32,000 nucleotides of DNA from Sulfolobus acidocaldarius DSM 639 (GTDB lineage: Archaea; Thermoproteota; Thermoprotei_A; Sulfolobales; Sulfolobaceae): the NCBI RefSeq assembly GCF_000012285.1, contig NC_007181.1, positions 1,170,001-1,202,000 on the forward strand. The letters run 5' to 3'. This document shows positions 30,021 to 32,000 of this stretch, one piece after another. The notes under the pieces were generated by a model. That model saw nothing but the letters and a program-made list of their open reading frames with translations. It did not search any database and was not told the DNA's origin. The position numbers were made by a program, and so were the translations under genes. The first letter of the stretch is position 1; every line of letters begins with the position of its first letter.

Positions 30021-30052
30021 GTTTTTATAGTAGCGTATTTAAAAATAAAAAT

Positions 30053-30973
30053 ATGTTAAAGGGTAAAAGCCTACTAACGTTGTTGGATTTCTCGAATTAT
30101 GAGATAGAAAGTATTATAAATCTATCATTCTCTATGAAGAGCTTTGTTAATTTAAACAGTGTTCCTAAAACTTTAGAAAATAAAAAGATAGCTCTAATTT
30201 TCGAGAAGCCTAGTACTAGGACCAGAATAAGTACCGAGTTAGCTGTAAAGCTTCTTGGGGGTACTAGTATAGTCTTGTCTAAATCAGATATTCAACTAGG
30301 AAGAGGAGAAACTGTAGAAGATACTGCTAGAGTTCTAGGAAGATATGTGGATGGCATAGGTGCACGAGTTCTAAATCATAATAGCCTTGAAATACTATCA
30401 AAGTATTCTCGGAAGCCTGTCATAAATCTGTTGAGTGATGTATCCCATCCCTTACAAGCGCTAACTGATTTTATGACTGTCAAAGAGAGATTTGGTACGT
30501 ACACGAATATGGCATTTATAGGAGATGGAACGGACAACGTGCTAACAAGCCTTATGGAGTTTGTGTCTAAGATGGGATTAGAATTAAGGGTAGCCAGTCC
30601 AAAGGAGTTCAGACCAAAGCAAGAGGTATGGCGTAGAATAGAAGAGGAGAGTGAAAAAAGTGGTGCGATCATAGAGTTTTATGAAGATCCTTATGAGGCT
30701 GTAAGGGGAGTGAAGGTTGTTTATACGGATGTATGGGTAAGTATGGGGCAGGAGAGTATAGCAGAAGAGAAGAAAAAGAAGTTGAAAGACTATAAAGTAA
30801 CCAGAGATTTAATGAGATATGCCAGTAAAGACGCAATTTTTATGCATTGCTTACCTGCAGTTAGAGGTGAGGAAGTCGAGGATGATGTAATAGACGGTCA
30901 TCAAAGTGCTGTGTGGGATCAGGCTGAGAACAGACTTTATACTGCTATGGCTGTGCTTTCTCTATTTATTTAA
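30053..30973 (+). CDS. argF: ornithine carbamoyltransferase
   Basis: 306 aa with the motifs [20 protein letters not shown] and HCLPA. Confidence 0.9.
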   Translation: MLKGKSLLTLLDFSNYEIESIINLSFSMKSFVNLNSVPKTLENKKIALIFEKPSTRTRISTELAVKLLGGTSIVLSKSDIQLGRGETVEDTARVLGRYVDGIGARVLNHNSLEILSKYSRKPVINLLSDVSHPLQALTDFMTVKERFGTYTNMAFIGDGTDNVLTSLMEFVSKMGLELRVASPKEFRPKQEVWRRIEEESEKSGAIIEFYEDPYEAVRGVKVVYTDVWVSMGQESIAEEKKKKLKDYKVTRDLMRYASKDAIFMHCLPAVRGEEVEDDVIDGHQSAVWDQAENRLYTAMAVLSLFI

Positions 30974-32000
30974 AAAGAAACTCATCTATTCTTCTTTGAC
31001 CAATTATTTTCTTTATACTCTTAAGACCCAATAAGTTGATTTTATCATTAGCTTCCAGGTTTGTATTTACGTACTTTAATGACTCTTCGATCGTATTGAA
31101 GGTTTTGGGTTTATTTTCTAATGCTCTTTTTACAGTCTCTCTTATGTGCCAATTACCTACTGGTGCAAAGTAGTCTTTAGTTATCTCCCTTATTATTATG
31201 ATACCAGCTTGTCTTCTTCTCTTATATAGTTTTTCTATTATTGAAAATCTAGCTGCAATATATCCACCATCTAGAGAGTCATATTCACCCCAATAATTCT
31301 CAGATAGTTCGCTTATTATTAATTCCGTAGTCCATAAAGATAATGGGTGCCATATTTCTATCCAAGTGGAGCTATGTGAAGAAGGATATAGAATTATATG
31401 AAAATGATTGCCTAAATAAGATCCATAATAGTACTCTACATTATCTATTGTGTCTAGAGTTCTGATATTATCTAAAAGATAATTGCCTACAATCTGATCT
31501 ACTGCTGTTATGCTCCACCTAGTCGGCACTAATTTCCTGTTTCTTTTAAGTCCTAGAAAACCAAGAGAGAAAGCACTTATAATCCTGTAGTAGTTTTCAT
31601 TGTCTAAGTAGAGCTTAATTACACTTTCCTCTGCTTTAAGGTCATCAAATATGAGTTTTTGAATTGTTCTGGGCACTTTAGGATTTTCACTGACTTTTAT
31701 TGACTGAACAGTGAGAGATGGTCCTCTGGGTATTAGAATACCATCAAATTTAAGTTTAGGAACTATTTTCCCAGAACTGTCTGTTTCTGAAACTACAGGT
31801 TTTTCAGATATTCCAGCCAAAGAGATTTCTTTTTCATATAATTTGTACGGGTCTCTAACATTTAGCCCGCCTAATATTGTTGAAATTAGGGAACTTCTTA
31901 TGGATATTATGTCATTAAGGCTCTTTCTTCCCCACCAGCCCTCTGGATTCTCGTAATCTTTTGCTTCTTCTCCTATAACTCCAGGTGGTATATTATAAAC
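30966..32000 (-). CDS. Nre-family (DUF650/DUF651-type) DNA repair protein, N-terminus outside window
   Basis: The track starts it at TTG 31820. However, the same frame stays open to base 32000 in my translation ([38 protein letters not shown]...). It has the conserved [10 protein letters not shown] motif and a C-terminal [12 protein letters not shown]-like box. The family call is from memory. Confidence 0.5.
   Translation of the reverse strand, partial: VYNIPPGVIGEEAKDYENPEGWWGRKSLNDIISIRSSLISTILGGLNVRDPYKLYEKEISLAGISEKPVVSETDSSGKIVPKLKFDGILIPRGPSLTVQSIKVSENPKVPRTIQKLIFDDLKAEESVIKLYLDNENYYRIISAFSLGFLGLKRNRKLVPTRWSITAVDQIVGNYLLDNIRTLDTIDNVEYYYGSYLGNHFHIILYPSSHSSTWIEIWHPLSLWTTELIISELSENYWGEYDSLDGGYIAARFSIIEKLYKRRRQAGIIIIREITKDYFAPVGNWHIRETVKRALENKPKTFNTIEESLKYVNTNLEANDKINLLGLKSIKKIIGQRRIDEFLFK

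Overview
This is an AT-rich, very compact crenarchaeal chromosomal window of about 40 genes. Many of them appear to be leaderless, with a TATA box about 26 nt upstream of the start codon. The gene order and my reading of the translations point to Sulfolobales. The 238-aa CdvA, 261-aa CdvB and 374-aa CdvC and the thermosome alpha sequence match my recollection of Sulfolobus acidocaldarius, but I cannot run a search to confirm this. Most of the content is core housekeeping: an aminotransferase 3' end, rpoK, type IA topoisomerase, cdvA/B/C, enolase, signal peptidase, a complete glycine cleavage system (gcvPB/PA divergent from gcvT/H), a PAC2-like protein, an AbrB-PhoU regulator with sufCBD, an MDR dehydrogenase, argS, thermosome alpha, argF and an Nre-family repair protein. 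Four parts deserve attention. (1) The cdvABC ESCRT-III/Vps4 cell-division cluster, with a previously unlisted C/D box sRNA and a repressor-box-like motif in its upstream region. (2) A double winged-helix gene that I call WhiP (Cdt1-like initiator), next to a heavily repeat-structured intergenic region that is a good candidate for replication origin oriC3. It sits in a co-oriented block of uncharacterised Zn-ribbon and 4-Cys genes. (3) Two divergent, near-identical-bodied tRNA genes: an intron-containing tRNA-Thr and a tRNA-Arg. The tRNA-Arg is overlapped by the N-terminal fragment of a partitioned SSV-type integrase, and the tRNA-Thr abuts an unlisted 43-aa RHH ORF. (4) A translationally coupled NAD-kinase-like/wHTH pair divergent from argF. 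I found no CRISPR array, rRNA, IS element or obvious defence island. The Cdv and WhiP/oriC3 interpretations are established literature knowledge, not novelties. The genuinely uncharacterised material is the small Cys-rich and Zn-ribbon genes around the thermosome and WhiP genes.
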